64,000 nt of DNA from Bugula neritina. Taxonomy: Eukaryota; Animalia; Bryozoa. This document shows positions 1-13,207 of this stretch, piece after piece. The notes beneath the pieces were generated by a model that searched no databases, was not told where the DNA came from, and saw only the letters and a program-made list of their open reading frames with translations. The stretch is taken from the NCBI GenBank assembly GCA_964035545.1, contig OZ037768.1:13897675-13961674 (forward strand), written 5' to 3'. The first letter of the stretch is position 1; every line of letters begins with the position of its first letter. A program made the position numbers and the translations under genes.

Positions 1-545
1 CTCGCTACAATGTTACAATTTTATTAGGCCAAGATTACCTTCAGTTCAATAAAGTTATCGCCATCTTAAATGCTATGCTTGCTTGTGTTCATCATCTAAC
101 AAAATATAAGCTACTGCATCCACAGTCATAATATTAGTTATTACATATAATGAGAATCTAAATTATTAAAAAAGTACTTCGTTAATAGAAGATGAGCCCA
201 AGATTGTACCGCACTGTAAACACATATTGATAAATATAGTTTATGGCACTTCAAGATAAAGCCATGTTAAAAAAATTTAAATATTTTCTTGGCCCTTTAA
301 ATTGTAAAAAGACTAAACTTTTTCATACACTATAAGTGGATTTTTCAAGCTGTCATGTGCATGTACAAAGTATGACAAAGTTGCTAAGACAGTTAAAGAA
401 TCCTCCAAAATTTAACATATATTTACGCAGTTTTAGGTTCTAGCTTGCTAACATCTAATTTTTTTTGTTTCACCAAAGTCACTGTTGCTGTAACTTTTAC
501 TCTGGTTTATAGATAAAAGGTTGCACTGTTGGAGTTTTGCTAATG

Positions 546-876
546 TGTAATAATTCTTCCAATTATTATTATTTAGAGTGGATTCTGTATGTGCAATGGT
601 GCCTTATTCGATTAACAGTTCAAAGCAATTACTCAGCTGCTAGCGTAATAAAAAAATTATATTTGTTAAATATACATAAAATAGAAAAGAGAGACACATC
701 CAGTATCTAAGTTACATTCACCGTCTAATTAAAACCTACTACATTCGTCAACATACTACTCCTAGCTAATTGCTCAGTTCTCCAGAAACATTCTGCTCCG
801 CAGGGGATAGTCACGTGCTTCAATATTATTGGCTATTCTACACGTGCACGATGTGTAGGCTTCGCTAGCCACTACA
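546..876 (-). repeat. Probable 3' LTR of copy A
   Basis: On - it begins TGTAGTGGCTAGCGAAGC, similar to TGTGGTGGCTCGTG in copies C, D and E, right after the family PPT context CTGCTGGAAGGGGCGG. The far end is inferred only from a TACA terminus and expected length. Confidence 0.6.
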
Positions 877-954
877 CCGCCCCTTCCAGCAGGGAGCCCA
901 CTTCCTGTTAAAACTCAAAGTGAGGAAAGAAGCGTACTACACAAAAAAATTCGA

Positions 955-1029
955 TATATATATATATATATACAAAAAAATGTACAGAGTATTCCTAATT
1001 CTAAAAATTATACAAAACACATCCCATAG

Positions 1030-1076
<47 letters not shown>
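955..1076. repeat. (TA)n microsatellites in the 3' UTR of copy A
   Basis: Runs of TA at ~955-972 and ~1035-1076. Confidence 0.9.
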
Positions 1077-1079
<3 letters not shown>

Positions 1080-1314
1080 ATGCAGGCAATTGTCCATATT
1101 TGCACCATATATACAACAGTTATACTCCTGTATAGCTTAATAGTCATCATGTTGTCTTTACAGAACGAGATAGGTTGTAGAGGAGGGGCGCTACTGACCT
1201 ACTGACGCTACTGACGCTACTGACGGAGAATGTCACACAGACGTCAAAGCGGAATAGAAAACGGGAGATCACACAGATCGGGAATGTTGCTTGGAACAGA
1301 GTAAAGGCACAGTC

Positions 1315-2443
1315 TTACTCCTGAGCAGCTCGTTTGAGATGAGCAATAGACTCCTTCAGAGACTGCAGCTCGCTCGCTGCAGTCGAGATTTTTGGGGCGA
1401 GCCGATGTACTTCGCGCTCTAACTCACTAGCCCGGAGCTCCACTTCACGCAAGTTACGGGCCAAAGAGAAATAACCGGGAGGAGAAGAGGAGTGCCACCG
1501 TCGCTTGTGGTCTGAAAAAGGGAGAGGGGAGGACGAGCGTTTCTGGGGTCTCGTCTCGATGCGTTGCAGTAGGACTCGGGGAAGAGACTTGGGAGGAGGT
1601 ATAGGTTCATCTGGATAGCGTTTCACACTTGGATTCCGGTATACGGGGGATTTAGTGATACGGCCAGGGGTGATGGGTCTGGAAGCGGGAAATCTCGGAG
1701 AGAGACGCTGGAGTCAAGCTGGATTGGAACTTGAGATAAGATGCCTCATCCACATCATATAAGTTCCAATGGGAACAACTCATCATCCTCTGATGACAGA
1801 GTATGTAGTCTCTGTGGTAGCTGAACTCTCCACAGGGACAAAAGGTGGTGACAAAGTGTTGCGGAAGATGTATCCGCAGCCTGCGGTGGGTTGTAAAGTG
1901 CTGCTGACAGAGTCGACATGTGGTGCTGTCTTCATCACCCCGGTGTTAAAGAATTTCTCTTTCTGTCTCCGGCGTCGTCCAGCACGTCTTGGATTCCAGT
2001 GCGTGTAGCAGTGTACAACTGGATTGAGTAGGTAGTTTGGACTCAGGAACACGCCATCTCTAAAGATGGCATCCCCGTAGGAGTGGGGGAACGAGTGTCG
2101 TCTAAAAGAGTAGAATTATTGTTAGATCAAGGCCGACCTTTACAACATAGTTCTAGTGACTATCGACTGTTACTAGTCTGAGGGTCAGAAATTCTTTTAT
2201 GAGGCACTCGAGAGACCGTGTTCGGACGTGTAGACTGACTAAGAATCATAGCGTCTAGCTCTAGATCTAAAAGATTGTTGGCCATTACTACGTCCTCGTC
2301 GTCATTCACATTAGACACGGTCTCCAGTAGTTCTGATTTCATCAGGTTGATTAACTAAGAATTAGCTGGTAGCAGACCCATTTCCATAGATAAGAATATT
2401 AGATCTAGACAGGCTTACCTTGGAACTCGGTATTTAGAGACAT
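1315..2443 (-). pseudogene. Decayed zinc-finger/coiled-coil accessory gene (ORF3) of copy A
   Basis: Manual translation gives CRLCQQHFTTHRRLRIHLPQHFVTTFCPCGEFSYHRDYIL (~1790-1920) and the C-terminal ORF 1315-1626 (PRVLL...RNLREVELRASELEREVHRLAP). Mini-exon 2419-2443, intron 2102-2418. Contains stops and frameshifts. Confidence 0.85.
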
Positions 2444-5400
2444 ACTCAACGTTCAAGTATCTGTGTATGAGATTGGAGAACACGTCTGCCTTTGGCGATG
2501 CCAGCATAGGAAAAGGCCGGGCAGCGCGTTTGCTGCACGTGACTAGGACTTTTTGCCTTGGGCCCATTAACTCCGCCCACTACTCCGCCCTCGTAAAAGT
2601 TGATTTTTACGTGGGGCTCACAACTCCCACAATTTACTGATAGTCTTTCCTTACGGCTGTTTGCTGGACTTTCATACTCGCCGCTTTGAACGCAGTCACA
2701 TACGAAGTCTTTCAAATATGCTGGGAGTTGTCTAGTACGCTGCCCTCGTTCCAGAGGAGTTGGTGCACTCACCAGTGGACTATCCAGTTCCACTGGCGGT
2801 GCTTCCGGCTCCCTAGGAACTGCTTTTTCTCTGATTTCTCCAGATGGAGCCTCGCCCTCCGTGGGGTTTATACTTCCGGATCCGACTCAGGTTCCGGGAG
2901 TGATGGTGTCAGGCCTGGTGCTGGAGGCGGCGGACGCACTTCTGCCGGTGGAAGCGGGCGCTCGTCTTTGGCCAGGTCCTCCTCCCGCAGCACGACCACC
3001 TCGTATTCGAGTTCATGTCATCATCGCCCGCGCGTTGTTGTCTGCCTTCATGGCTCCAACAACGGAAGAGCTTCTCTCACCGCGTACGGGCTAGCTCAAC
3101 ACGGCTTCAAGCGAGCCTCATTCTGGATAGACACCTGCCCGGAGCGCTCGATCTTGTAAGTATGGTTAGGCATCGCCTCGACTACTACGTAGGGTCCCAC
3201 GAACTTAGGCTGTAACGTAGCCGCCTGTCCGCGACGCCTACGGTAATTGACCATGCACACCCAGTCTCCTGTCTGATAGAGGGGTGGTTCATCGGCGTCT
3301 TCCTGCCGCACCTGCCACTGCCTTTCCCACAGCATTTTGTGTGCAATTCTCATCCGCTCTACCAGTTCACTGGCATACTCGTGAACTGAGTTGTCTTGCT
3401 CGGGGACATGGTAGGTAAGGTGGCCAAGAACTCGAGTCTCTCTCTCTGGAGCATCAGGAGGTTGGGAGTTTCACCAGTGCTGGTGTGTGGCGTCCTGCGG
3501 TAAGCGCGCATGACCTGCGGCAGTACCGAATCCCATTCCTCCTGACTACGTCCGAGGAGTAGACTCCGGAGTGCATCACCTTGTTGCGCTCCACCACCCC
3601 GTTATCTTATGGGTGGTAGGGAGTGGTCCTGCTTTGATTCACTCCCCAGATCGGCGGCAGAGGTCACTCATCAGTTGAGACTGGAACTGAGCACCTTGAC
3701 CAGAATGTATCTGTTTGGGAAGACCGAAGTAACAGAATACATGTTGATCCAGCACCCTGGCCACTGTTGGAGCCGACGCGTCTGGGATAGCCAAGGCGTC
3801 GGCCCACCTAGTAAAGTAGTCGGTTAATACGACGATCTAGCTGTTGCCTCTGGGGGTCAGGGGCATGGGTTTGACCAGGTTGACAGCTACCACTTGCCAT
3901 GGCCGTCCAGCATAAAACCCCCGTCGTCCCGCTTCACCAGAGAGACGGCCATGTTTGCTGGCCTGGCAGATCTCACACTGTCTTACTCTGAGTCGTACAT
4001 CACGCCCCATCTTGGGCCAGTACCACCGGAGTTGTAGTTTGGAAATCATCCTCTAGACCCCTGTGTGAGCCTGTTTGTGGGTGTCCCAAATTAACTCACG
4101 GCGTATGGCAGCCGAGCAGACCACCCTCCTCCTCTCGGAGTGTCTGCCGCTGGCAGCCAAAGTAATGGTCAGCAGACCATCTTGCCCGATTCGCAGCGAG
4201 TCCCAACGCTGGCAGAATAGCCGGAACTCGGGGCATCTCTGCCTCAGTTGTTTTTTGCTAGATCGTCGCCCTTCCTTTTTGGCCCGATACACGTCTGCCA
4301 CCACTCCGGGGAAGTTTTCCTGGAGCTTCCTCAGCTCTTGGACATTATCGGCCAAAACAGGGTTGGCGTGGAGGCTTTGCACCGCCTCTGAATACTTGTC
4401 AGCTATCGGCTTGAGTTGACTCTGGTCCCAGTCATACTCTGCTCCCTGGTGAGCCAGTGTCTCCAACTCGGATCCTGGGGGACTTCCATCTCTCTTCTCG
4501 ATGTTGAGACACTGCTTACAACTTCCGTCTGGCCGCCAACTCAGCCCATCCGCATTGCTGTGCTTCTTACCTGGTCGATGTTCAATCCGGTAAGAAAACT
4601 TGGCTAGGATCTCGAGCCACCAAGCGACCTGACTGGATGGTTCGGCTCTCTTGCACAACTAAATCAAGGAGGCATGGTCCGTACGCAGCCGAAACTTCCT
4701 GCCGTACAGATAAGGTCAGAAGTGCTTCACTGATTTGATTACTGCCAACAACTCCTTTCGGGTAGTGCAGTAATTTCGTTCAGTGGGTGAGAGAGACTTG
4801 CTGTAGTAAGCTACTACTACTTCTCAGCCTTCCTGCACTTGTGACAGCACAGTGCCAACGTTCTGGTCACTGGCGTTCGTGTCCAAGATATACTTCAGAG
4901 CGGGGTCTGGGTATGCTAAGACGGGTGCTGCCAGCAGACAACATTTGAGGCGATCGAACGCCTGTTGTTCGACTGGGGACCACTGCCACACCACCCCCTT
5001 TGCGGTTAGCCAGTTTAACGGCTGTGCTATCTCCGCAAAGTCTGGTGTGTACTGCCGATAATACCCTACCACACCCAGAAATGCCCGTAGTCCGGTCAAG
5101 TCCTGGGGGGGGGGGTGACCCAGTCTTCTATAGCCAGCACCTTTTCAGGATCCGTCGCCACGCCGTTTCAGCCAACGACGTGCCTCAGGTATTTAACCTC
5201 TGGCTGCAACAGAGCGCACTTGGAAGGTTTCAGCTTCAGACCGGCACCTCTGAGTCTTTCAAAAACCTCCCTCAGACGACTGACATGTGTCTTGAAGTCT
5301 GGGGAGATCACGATGATGTTATCGAGGTAGATCAGCAGTGTCTTTCAGTGAAGTACGCTAAGGACTTGTTCCATCAGCCTCTGGAAAGTGGCCGGAGCGG

Positions 5401-6824
5401 AGGTTAGCCCAAACGGCAGCCCCTTCCACTTCCATAGTTCGTCCCGTGTAATGAACGCCGCCTTCTTTTGAGCGTCGGGACTCAGAGGAACCTGCCAGTA
5501 CTCGCTCAACAAGTCTAACATACTGAAGTACTTGCTGCCGGCTAAGGCATTCAAGGATTCATCAATACGGGGTAGAGGGTAGGCGTCCTGTATGGTCACG
5601 CTATTGAGTTTGCAGTAATCCACACAGAACCGCCAACTTCCGTCTTTCTTCCGGACCAAGACGACCGGCGAGCTCCATGCGCTATGAGCTGGCTCTGTGA
5701 GGCCGCGGTCCAGAAGATCTCGGACTTGTCGGCTGACCTCCTTTTCCTTCTCCAGCCCCAACTTGCGCGTGGGTTGCCGAATAGAAACTGTCCCCGCAGC
5801 CAGCGATATCTCATGACGGATAGCTCGTGTCAGTCCCACGTCATGGTCTCCGCTGCTAAACACGTCGTTATACTCTGGTAGCAACTTCGCCATAGCCTGG
5901 TGTTCCTCGTTGCTCACTCAGTCGTCACAGGCTGTCTCATACAACTTATTGACGTGTGGCGGAACAGTCCCCTGCCCTTTGGGCGGGTGCTGTTGGGGAC
6001 CCTCTGTCGTATCTCCCAACAACGGTCCTACGTCCTCTTTCTGGACAAAGTGGAAACGACCCAGCATGGACTCTGCCGGTAGCTTTACCGACTCTGTGAA
6101 GGGGTTGACACACTGCACTAAAATCTCTCCTCGCGTAGTCAGCTGATTGAGACTGCTGGCAAGCTGGATTCTAGTGTTTAGACATTTGCATGGACCTGAT
6201 ATTTTTCTTATGTTAATTTCGGGCAACTGGATGTGATCCTTTTTTGTAATATTATTATAAATATACCTATCTTTCTCACGCTGAAGCTTGTGTAATTCCT
6301 CTCGGGTTACGTAACTCGACCAATACCATAATTGCATGCAGTAGAATCCAGCACAATGCAATAATTCTGGAAATTATTACACTTCAACAAGTGGTGGCTT
6401 ATTACAGTAAAGTTCTTTCGGCCCTTGAAAAGAACCACTGCCCTACCAAGAAAGAGCTCCTGGCAGTAGTTAAGACGGTTAAGCACTTCAGACCATATTT
6501 GTATGAGCGAACATTAAGACTGCAAACAGATCACGCATTCTTGATATGGTTGTGCAGACGAGCTGAACCTTCTAGTCAAGTGTTACATATGCAATGGATG
6601 CTGCTACAGCCCTGACTATGACAATAAATAACAGCCATATAGCCATGAAGTATCTATTATAATTTTGTATTATGACCGGCTATCACTAAAAAGCTATGTA
6701 ATATTTTGTATACAAACAGTGAATTTTCTCTGAGGTAATTGTATTTGTCTGGAATTCAAATATACGACATTGTATGATATCTACATAAATTATCCTTTCT
6801 ACCCAAGAATACAACAGGATAAAT

Positions 6825-6844
6825 TGGCGACGAGGATGGGATTC
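6825..6844 (+). promoter_or_regulatory. Primer-binding site, tRNA-Ser(GCU)
   Basis: TGGCGACGAGGATGGGATTC is complementary to the 3' end of eukaryotic tRNA-Ser(GCU) (GAAUCCCAUCCUCGUCGCCA). It lies 8 nt after the 5' LTR. Confidence 0.85.
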
Positions 6845-7018
6845 TTCTTTTGAGTGGACAAAGTTACCAGTGGAGTTCTACATCTACTTCAGAGTTTGAC
6901 AGATAGAACTACCTACAGCAGAGGAATCTCGGACTGTTCAGAACAATACCAGGCTAGGCAATATCTACACTCTAATCGCCTTGTGAGTGACACAAATTAA
7001 TTTTCAAAAATTTTCCTA

Positions 7019-8499
7019 ATGGCAGAAGTTGCGGAGTTAGTAGCCATGCTTAAACAAACACAGGAAGACAATAGAAAATTAATGCAAATGCTAATGGAAG
7101 GGAGAAATGAACCTAAAGCATTACCGACAGTTTCTATACCTAATTTTCCGGCATTTGATTCGACATTAGAATTGTGGACGAACTACTGGACTAGGTTTAA
7201 CACTTTTGTAGCTGCACACGCTATTCCAGAAGACCGCAACCCAAAGATCTTCCTAACCTCTCAGTCAGCTGCAACATATAAGATTCTAGGAAACTTATCA
7301 GCTCAGATGACACCACCAAAAGACATCAATGAACTTACAATGGCAGAAACAACAGAATTCATGAAGGACCAGTTCGACCCAAAGAAGTTCATCATAAGAG
7401 AGCGATTCAAATTTTAGAGTGAAATGCGACGTAAACCAAGCGAGACTGTTCAGGAATTAGCTGCACGGATTCGGTCAGGACGCCACAACTTGTGATTTTG
7501 CTTCCATCACCAATCCACTAGATGAAGCTATGCGGACAAAATTCATTTGTTCTGTTAGCAATGAAGCAGTTCTAAAAGCGTTATTCAAAATTAAAGTTGA
7601 TGAATTGACCTTCACCAGAGCTGTGGAAATTGCAATTGAAACTTAAGATGCAGCAAAAGTAGCCAAGGAAACTGCGCATGGAGTTAAGGCTACAGGTGTC
7701 AACAAAGTTTAGACTGACAAAAAATCAACAAACAATGCTAGCAGCGTTTCTTCAACAAAGAAAGAAGAGACTCAAGAAAAAACTAGCTGTTACAGATGTG
7801 GAAAAAGACATTCAATGCAATTTTTGCAAAAAACTAGGTCACATAGAATCAGCATGCCAACTTAAGAAGAAATCAACATCAACATCACAACCTGTCAAAG
7901 TTATCACTTCTACCGTAAGAAGGATTGAATCTCTATCACAGTTACAACAGAAGTTACAGATAGAGGGTGTGGAATTCACTATGGAATTGGATACCGGAGC
8001 ATGTGAAAATTTCATCACTGCCGACATTTGGGAGAAACTTGATCGACCGAATTTGGAGCCAACAGAAGCACAGTACGAGTCAGCATCTAAACATCCTATT
8101 AATGTAATGGGACAATTCCAACGAGTTGCCAACATTCCTGATAAAGACAGTGAACAGATGTTGAACTTCGTAGTCACAAAAATACCACAACTAAATCTTC
8201 TAGGACGTGACGCTATACAAAGGCTACAGATATCTATAGACGACAAGATGAAGATTCCATGTACATCATCACCTACAAGTAATCCAGTGAACACAATTTT
8301 CCAAGATCTTAAACCTGACTACTCATTACAGAAAGCTTGCGAACAAGTTTGTCAAGAATTTCCAGATCTTTTCAAACCAGAACTGGGTTGTCTCAAAGAT
8401 TTTGAGTTGGAGATTGAATTCAAACCTGACTCGAAACCAGTATTCGGCAAAGCCAGACCAGTTCCATTCGCTATGCAAGATGATCTTGTCCAAGAATAT
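7019..8499 (+). pseudogene. gag: gag-protease of the Mag-like element (frameshifted)
   Basis: ORF 7019-7417 is the Gag N-terminus. ORF 7678-8586 contains the knuckle CNFCKKLGHIESAC and the aspartic protease motif LDTGA, and is cut by the solo LTR at 8500. Confidence 0.85.
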
Positions 8500-8965
8500 T
8501 GTTGTAGTTTTGCGGGTTATGAGAATAGACTAAGTAGTCTGCATGCCAATTATTGTGATGAAATAAAGAGTCTTGTTAAACTGTAATTAATAGTATTTAT
8601 TGCTTTCTTCATCTGTCAACTCCAGTGCAGTACTGACTTTAGATTCGAAAACTCGCACTTATATATGGTGGAATTCCCGCCACTAATGGGGGTCCGGAAC
8701 TTGTACGAAGCTCGGAGTTCCGCCGACCGACATCGGAGAGGATCCTGTCCGATCTCAGACAGGCCCCTCTGACCTCGTGTCTTTGGCCTCCGACTTCACA
8801 CGAGCTTCGGCTCACATATAATTACTATTATTAAAAGAAAAACAAGTGGCGAGGGAACATAACTCTAAAAACTATTACAGTAACTTAAAAACAAACAATA
8901 AAAATAGGAAGGCAATTCACAATTATTACGCTATTCACTACGCTAAGAGCTTAGCTATAATTACA
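8500..8965 (-). mobile_element. Solo LTR of another family inserted in the Mag-like element
   Basis: 466-bp non-coding insert with TGT...ACA ends, flanked by ATAT (8496-8499 and 8966-8969). TATA-like and AATAAA signals lie on the - strand. Confidence 0.7.
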
Positions 8966-9062
8966 ATATTTGAGGCATTAGAAAGCTACGCATCTGACTA
9001 AAAAGAACGCTGTTTGGAAGTGGGGATCTGAAGAAGAGTCAAGCTTTCAGAAACTTAAAAAG

Positions 9063-10937
9063 ATGTTATGCTCGGACACAGTACTAGCTCATTTTGACCC
9101 TACCTTGGAAGTCGGGATTTCCTGTGATGCCTCATTAATGGGAATAGGAGCTGTTCTTTTTCATCAATACCCAGATGGATCAGAAAGACCAATCTTCAAC
9201 GTTTCAAAGACACTAACTGGAACTCAGAAGAAATACGGACAGATACACAAAGAGGCGCTAGCTATAGTGTTTGCACTAAAGAAGTTTCATCAATACCTCT
9301 ACGGCTGGCGGTTTATCTTGGTTACCGATCACCGACCATTATTGGCACTATTTGGACCTACAAAGAAGACGCCAGCTTTAGCAGCCAACAGACTAGCAAG
9401 ATGGGCACTGCAACTGAGTCAATACGATTATAGTATTGAGCATCGCACGACCAGCAAACATGGCAATGCAGATGCACTTAGTAGTCTGCCAGTTGGCCCA
9501 GACTTTAAGTTTGATGAGGAGGAAGATGGCGATGATATGGACACAATATGCACGATACGACTGATTTCTCAACAATTGAAGCCAACAGATCCAGGAGTAC
9601 TTCTAAAAGAAACCTTGAAACCTTGAAACCCTGTTCTGTCTACAGTAATTCGCTATACAAGAGAAGGAAGGCCTAAAACACTAGAAGAGACAAGCACAGA
9701 AGATGAGGACCAAACTCATAGTGCAGCTTACAACATACAGTGTTTCAAGAAGGTGTCTGGCTCACTCTCTATCTCAGATGGATGCTCGCTGTATGGTTCA
9801 AGAGTTGTAATACCGCTTACCCTTCAGCCACAAGTTCTGCAGATTCTTTATCTAGGACACTTTGGCATGCAGCGGATGAAACAACTCGCACGTTCTGCTG
9901 TTTATTGGCCAAGAATAGACGCAGACATCATGGATGCTTGTAAACAGTGCAGCTCTTGCGCTGAGCACCAGAATCAACCAGCCAAAGCTCCTCTCCGTCC
10001 TTGGATGATTCCAGAAAAGCCATGGAGTCGTACTCACATCGACCATGCAATCAACTTTCTGGGAAGCAACTGGCTAGTAATTATGGATGCATACTCAAAG
10101 TATCCCTGCATACATCCAACTACATCAACATCTTTGAAGAGAACTACAGAGCTTCTAGAACAAGACTTTGCACACTTTAAATATCCACACACAATTGTAT
10201 CCGACAATGCAAGCACATTCAAGTCTGAAGAGTTTCAAAGCTGGTGCCGGGATCGTGGAATAGTTCATCTATCTGGAGCCCCTTATCACTCTGTCACAAA
10301 TGGAGCAGCTGAAAGACTAGTGCAATCATTTAAACAGGCTCTAAGAAAATCTAATTTACCACCAAATCTAGCTTTGACTGAATTCCTGATGCACTATCGA
10401 CGCACACCCTTGATAGGAGGATACTTGCCCAGTGAACTGCTGAATGGGAGACAGATTCGTTGCAAAATTGATGTTCTGCCACCATCACCAGCACACCAAG
10501 CCCAAGGACGACAATCAAAAGAATTGGAAAAGTCTACAGACCAGAAATCCACTGTATCCAAAGTTCACACATATACAGTTGGAAGTCTTTGCTAAGCACT
10601 CTATTGTGGACCCCAAAGAAACAGAGAACCACGATGGGTCCCTGCTATTGTCACAAAAGTATTGGGACCAAGAAGTATAAATGTCAAAGTCACACCAAGA
10701 GGACCAATATGGAGACGTCATATTGAACAACTATTATCACGCTACGGAGTTGAGGAAGATTCTGAACCAGCAGACGATGTGAAATCTGAAGTTCAAATGG
10801 CTGATGTTTCAAATGACGATAGTACTGCTAACCAAACACCTCAACCATGGAGAAATCCCAGACTACCCACAGGCGGAGAGTATGGACCTGAAAATCTTAG
10901 AAGGTCAAAGAGATTGGCAGCTCGCCAAAATACATAG
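9063..10937 (+). pseudogene. pol: RNase H and integrase of the Mag-like element
   Basis: CDAS...KEALA...TDH RNase H motifs at 9063-9626. HHCC-like and DDE integrase at 9753-10595, tail 10662-10937. A short tandem duplication (aaaccttg, ~9609-9630) shifts the frame. Confidence 0.9.
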
Positions 10938-13207
10938 ATGCATCAAGGGCTAGTGGGGAGATGTTACATTCGCAACGGATGCTGCTACAGCCCTGACTAT
11001 GACAATAAATAACAGCCATATAGCCATGAAGCATCTATTATAATTTTGTATTATGACCGGCTATCACTAAAAAGCTATGTAATATTTTGTATATAAACAG
11101 TGAGTTTTCTCTGAGCTAATTGTATTTTTCTGGAATTCAAATATACGACATTGTATGATATCTACATAAATTATCCTTTTTACTCAAGAATACAACATCA
11201 AGTTGCGCGTTGGCTTGGGATCTTGGCAGAGTTTTAATACTGGATCGAGCACCGACCCGGAAAAAACACAGTGATGCTGATGAATTGAGCCGGCGACATG
11301 GGGAGGGGTGTAAGCAATGCCTAAACATTGAGGGCAGAGATGGTGGACCCCCTTGGAAGAGCAGTTAGGGAGGGCAGGTGTATACAGCTGGGAAGGAGGC
11401 TAACTCCGGTCTGACCCTCCTTTTGAAACTGTCAACACCCTTCATGCAAACCCTACACTGCTCTGAAATGTCGGAGAGCTTTGTAAGCTTTAAGCTACGC
11501 TACCGGGGGTAGTAGCCGACTTAGTTCAGGCCAAGAAGGAGAGACGACAGCCTTGTGAGGTTGAACAACGGGTCAAGTGTGCGGAGTTCAAGTATTTCTG
11601 TGACCGTTTGGGCTCCCTCAAGTTTAATAGTGATGGGCTGTTGATGATAACGTTAGGTCTGGTGGTATTGGCCCAGGATGATCCGGGATGTCTGACTCCG
11701 GGTGCAGAAGTGTAAGGTATGCCAAGCTAGCAAGCATGGCCGCTCCACCACAGGGAGGCGTCACCTCCATACCAGTCGTCCATGGCAAGTAGATCTGGTG
11801 GGCTCCATGCCTACATCTGAGGGAGGTAATAACTGGGTACTGGTGTTAACTGACTACTTTACGTGGTGGGCTGATGCTCTGGCTATTCTGAACGAGTCGG
11901 CCACAACGGTGGCCAGGGCCTTGGATCAGAACGTGCTCTGTTGTTACGACTTGCCGGAGCAAATACACACTGATCAGAGTGCCCAGTTTCAGTCGCAACT
12001 TATGAGTGATCTCTGTAAAACGTAGGGGGTCAACCAAAGCCAGACTACCCCATATCACCCACAAGGAAATGGGGTTTTTGAGCGGAACAACCATATGCTA
12101 GGCGACTCTCTGAGAAGCCTACTACTGGGTAGAAGTCAGGAAGAGTGGGACTTGGTGCTGCCGCAAATCATGCGAGCATACCGTAGTACCCCTCACTCCA
12201 GCATACTAAAGACCCCAAACTTTCTCATGCCCAGTAGAGAAAGAAGGGTTTCTGAGCATTCAACCTACTATGTTCCTGCTCTGGAGAGCAGCGTCTACGA
12301 GTACAGGGATGAGCTCATTACTCGCATGAGGACGGCTCACGAGATTTTGTGTGAGCAGCAATGGCGGTTGAGGAGTGAAGACTCTGGCGACCTCCCCCCC
12401 AATTTGTATAAGGAGAGAGACTGAGTCTGAATGATTAGTCACTACCGGCGGTGCAGACAGGCGGCTAAGTTACAGCTGAAGTTTGTGGGTCCTTATTGTG
12501 TAACCGAGGTGATGCCCAATCACACGTATAAGGTGGAACGTTCGAGTCAGGTATCGATCCAGAACGAGGCCTACCTGAAGCCAGATGGGGGGAGCCCTGA
12601 CGCACCAGGGCAGGCTCCTCCATTCTTGGAACCCACGTGTTGTCCGACCATGAGAGGACGGGCTAGGGCTCACAGGGAGTTAGAGGTTATAGTGCAGAGA
12701 CCGGAAGAGGCAGCCGAAGAGCCGACAGACTGGCCCCACCACCAGTGGAGCTGGCCGACGCACCTGCAGTTCCCAATGAGATGGAGACTCTCTTAATTAA
12801 TGAGGATAATAGAGCTGAGGAGGACCCCCCGCACCAGAGACCCCACTCGTAGCAGTGGACTCAATGGTGGCAGCAGCTCTCCCAGTACCGTTAGAACATA
12901 GTCAACGTACTAGGGCTCCTCCATCTTATCTTCAGGACTTCTTTTGTGACTTGGTCGACATGCATACTATATTGTAAGTCGTCAGTCAGTACAAAAGAAG
13001 TCTGGAGAGCAGCAATTGAGAGTTGTATCTTCTAGTGGCGTATGCATTAGGTCAGCTGGAGGGTCAGCAAAGGCGGAGCCAACTCACCGGCTGAGAGGGG
13101 TGTTATGTAACCACTCTTGTCGTGTAGAGTGCCCTTTTCAATTGTAACTGTCGAAGTAACAGCATGTCTTTGTGAGCATTGGCAGCTACAGGCCTTAAAC
13201 AGACAGT

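Larger units (their letters stand above)
546..6170 (-). mobile_element. Decayed, 5'-truncated Ty3/gypsy element (copy A of the zinc-finger-ORF family)
   Basis: Minus-strand fragments closely match Pol of copy C: RT 5345-5917, RT/RNase H 4053-5099, integrase 2446-4049, with many stops and frameshifts. The PPT (877-890) abuts an LTR start TGTAGTGGCT at 876. Homology stops at ~6170, so gag and the 5' LTR are missing. The left LTR boundary (~546) is approximate. Confidence 0.85.
6581..11197 (+). mobile_element. Mag-like Ty3/gypsy element with RT deleted, nested in copy B
   Basis: 236-bp LTRs TGTTACA...ACAACA at 6581-6816 and 10962-11197. 5-bp TSD TCAAG (6576-6580, 11198-11202). PPT 10946-10961. 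Gag, protease (MELDTGA), RNase H and integrase fragments are present. Confidence 0.95.

Noticed and set aside
920-1135. 71-aa YIYI ORF
   Set aside because: (TA)n microsatellite artefact.
5918-6361. 147-aa ORF with a novel N-terminus
   Set aside because: Chance read-through from unrelated AT-rich DNA across the truncation point of copy A.
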